A DNA stretch of 64,000 bases, from assembly GCA_963716725.1 (NCBI GenBank), contig CAVQUB010000020.1, positions 32,001 to 96,000 on the forward strand. The letters run 5' to 3'. The notes under the pieces were generated by a model, which was given only the letters and a program-made list of their open reading frames with translations, had not been told where the DNA came from and did not search any database. Shown in pieces: positions 61,935 to 64,000 of this stretch. The first letter of the stretch is position 1; every line of letters begins with the position of its first letter. This DNA comes from an uncultured delta proteobacterium. Its GTDB lineage: Bacteria; Myxococcota_A; Polyangia; Polyangiales; Polyangiaceae. The position numbers and the translations under genes are program-made.

Positions 61935-62420
61935 ATGATCGACTACAGCGCGTTCGCGGGTCGAGCGCACGGTGGTCGTCCGACGGTTCCGCTCGCGCTG
62001 AGGGCTGAAGAGCGCGCGCGGATCGAGGAGGCGTTGCGACCCGCCAGGGCGGAGCAGCGGCTGGTTCGTCGGGCGCAGGCCGTGTTGATGATGGCGGACG
62101 GAGTGCCTGCGACGGACATCGCCCGGCTCCTCGGGGTGCACGTGCGCACGGTGGACGACTGGCGCAAGCGCTTCGACTGCGCGGCACCTAGCGAGAGACT
62201 GGCGGACGCCCCGCGCTCGGGACGGCCGCCCTCTCTCTCGGACACCGTAGCGGCTCGAGTAGAAGCACCGACGACCTCGCGGCGAGGATCGACGCGTACG
62301 TCGCGTGGTATCCTGCAGACCGACCGACCCTTTCGCTGGTCGTACCGCCCCAAGTCGTGGGCCGAATCCAGAAAAATCCCCTCACTTTCTGCGAAGAAAG
62401 CCGCGGCTGTTTCGGAGTGA
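61935..62420 (+). pseudogene. IS630 transposase remnant (HTH fused to C-terminal tail)
   Basis: N-terminus identical to the 34945 ORF; catalytic core deleted. Confidence 0.85.
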
Positions 62421-62437
62421 GGCCCGACCACACGGGG

Positions 62438-62932
62438 ATGGCACAGGAAGGGCGAAAGCTCGGAAGATTTGGGGATGGGACGGACGAGGTGATCGGTGCG
62501 CTGATCGAGGTGCATCGGCATCTCGGTCCAGGGCTGATGGAATCCGCATATGAGGCCTGTCTATCTGCCGAGCTGTCCGAACGACGGCTCAAGTTCGAGC
62601 GGCAGCGACCGCTACCAATCCGCTACAAAGGCGTACACCTTGACTGCGCCTATCGCCTCGACCTGGTCGTCGAAGATCGTATCCTCCTGGAGCTCAAGGC
62701 GGTCGAGCGGCTGCTCCCGATTTACGAAGCGCAGGTCATCACCTATCTGCGTCTTTCGCGGTTGCCCGTCGGCCTGCTCGTCAACTTCAACGTGACCGCG
62801 CTCAGAAATGGCCTGCGGAGGCTAACGCCTGACCACCCCAAATCCTTCCGCTCTTCCGCCCTTCCTGTGAGAGCCCAAATGAGCGCAGGTCTCAGGGGCG
62901 AATCCACTCGAACTTCGGCCGCGCGGCACTAG
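62438..62932 (+). CDS. GxxExxY protein (PD-(D/E)XK-like), intact
   Basis: HRHLGPGLMESAY, YRLDLVVEDRILLELKAV, AQVITYL, GLLVNF. Confidence 0.9.
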   Translation: MAQEGRKLGRFGDGTDEVIGALIEVHRHLGPGLMESAYEACLSAELSERRLKFERQRPLPIRYKGVHLDCAYRLDLVVEDRILLELKAVERLLPIYEAQVITYLRLSRLPVGLLVNFNVTALRNGLRRLTPDHPKSFRSSALPVRAQMSAGLRGESTRTSAARH

Positions 62933-63906
62933 TTCCAGGCGCCATTCGCAGCAGGATCGGGCGCTCGGGACGAAAGCAGTTGCCGGGCTCGGGCCACGTC
63001 TTGGCCGATTTGTCCCACCAGCGCCTCCAGACCATCGAAGCGCTGCTCGTCGCGGAGCCGCTCCACGAAGTGAACCCGGAGCTGTACGCCGTAGAGATCC
63101 GCGTCGAAATCCAGCAGATGAACCTCGGTGCTCGCCCCGGCCCCCAGCGTCGGCCGGACGCCGATGTTGACCACGCCCTTGCCGAGCGCCCGCGCGCCTT
63201 CCTCCTCGATTCGGTCGACCAGGCAGGCGTAGACCCCGCCCCTCGGCGCCAACTCCTCCGACGTCTCGAGGTTCGCGGTCGGGAACCCGAGGCCTGCGCC
63301 GCGAGCGTTTCCGTGGACCACGCGTCCGCAGATCGAGTGCGGCCGACCCAAGATTTGCCCAGCAGCTCCGACGTCGCCGCTGCCCAGGGCGCCGCGCACG
63401 CGACTGCTGGAGAACGCTCCGAGGGCGTCGCCCTCGAGCTCGTGAGCACGCGCCTGAAACCCGAGCTCTTTGCCCAGCTGGCAGAGCAGCGCGATGTCGC
63501 CCTTGCGCCCGCGGCCAAAGCAGAAGTTCTGCCCCACCAGCACGGCGGCGGCGCCGAGATCGTCGAGCAGGAGGCGGTCGACGAACTCCCGGGGCTCCAG
63601 CTCGGAGAGCTCCAGGGTGAAGGGCTCGACCACCACCGTGAGCGTCGGCGACACCCGTTCCATGAGCTCGACACGACGAGCCATGGTGGTGAGCACGCTG
63701 GGCGTGCCCTTGCCGAGCACCACGCTGGGGTGCGGGTCGAAGGTCAGCACGACGGGCGCCAGCCCGAGCGACCGCGCCTCGTCCACCGCAGACGCGATCA
63801 CGGCCTGGTGACCGCGGTGCACGCCGTCAAAGTTGCCGATCACCACCAGCGTGCTCCGCGGCGGAGCGCGGAGCAGCGACGAGCGGGCGACCTGACGCAG
63901 GGACAC
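62929..63906 (-). CDS. ribF: Riboflavin kinase / FAD synthetase (start uncertain, up to 63942)
   Basis: GNFDGVHRGH, TFDPHP, SSSRVR, GFPTAN, GVRPT, EVH, LRDEQRF. Confidence 0.95.
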   Translation of the reverse strand: MSLRQVARSSLLRAPPRSTLVVIGNFDGVHRGHQAVIASAVDEARSLGLAPVVLTFDPHPSVVLGKGTPSVLTTMARRVELMERVSPTLTVVVEPFTLELSELEPREFVDRLLLDDLGAAAVLVGQNFCFGRGRKGDIALLCQLGKELGFQARAHELEGDALGAFSSSRVRGALGSGDVGAAGQILGRPHSICGRVVHGNARGAGLGFPTANLETSEELAPRGGVYACLVDRIEEEGARALGKGVVNIGVRPTLGAGASTEVHLLDFDADLYGVQLRVHFVERLRDEQRFDGLEALVGQIGQDVARARQLLSSRAPDPAANGAWN

Positions 63907-64000
63907 GCGCGGGGAAATAGTACAGCTTTGCGCGCTCACCAAGGCGCGCTCTTCCCCCGCGGCAGGAGGCGTGTCAAACAGGCGCGGTGACGCCCGATCG

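Larger units (their letters stand above)
61866..62932 (+). mobile_element. IS630/GxxExxY element copy lacking about 667 bp of the DDE region
   Basis: Same TIRs and CTAG ends as 34876-36611; junction GTAGAAGCA|CCGACGACC at about 62267. Confidence 0.92.

Overview
High-GC bacterial DNA with a myxobacterial (Polyangiaceae-like) signature, inferred from many Ser/Thr kinases, Gly-rich lipoproteins, a TonB-fused receptor and a MYXO-CTERM-like tail. It holds about 45 genes, including regAB, a PhaC-like synthase, sppA, a Glu dehydrogenase, xth, sodC, PhoH2, astA, lolCD, lysS, prfB, a NirS-like cytochrome cd1, rsmE and ribF. Main observations: (1) Three copies of one IS630-family element (one full length, two internally deleted) all keep a GxxExxY PD-(D/E)XK passenger gene. 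That gene is framed by its own ~33-bp inverted repeats, and the element sits in CTAG sites, two of them at host stop codons. (2) A CxxU SelW/Rdx selenoprotein missing from the ORF track lies 6 nt after the +1-frameshifted prfB, followed by an MntA/HepT pair and lysS. (3) A cobalamin riboswitch precedes an unknown lipoprotein. (4) There is a PIG-O/PIG-G-like membrane phosphotransferase, an orphan lipoprotein NirS-like protein and a hairpin-dense MITE/REP-like insert. Several genes carry single-base frameshifts that may be assembly errors. No rRNA, tRNA or CRISPR array was seen. All family assignments come from motif recognition by eye, not database searches.
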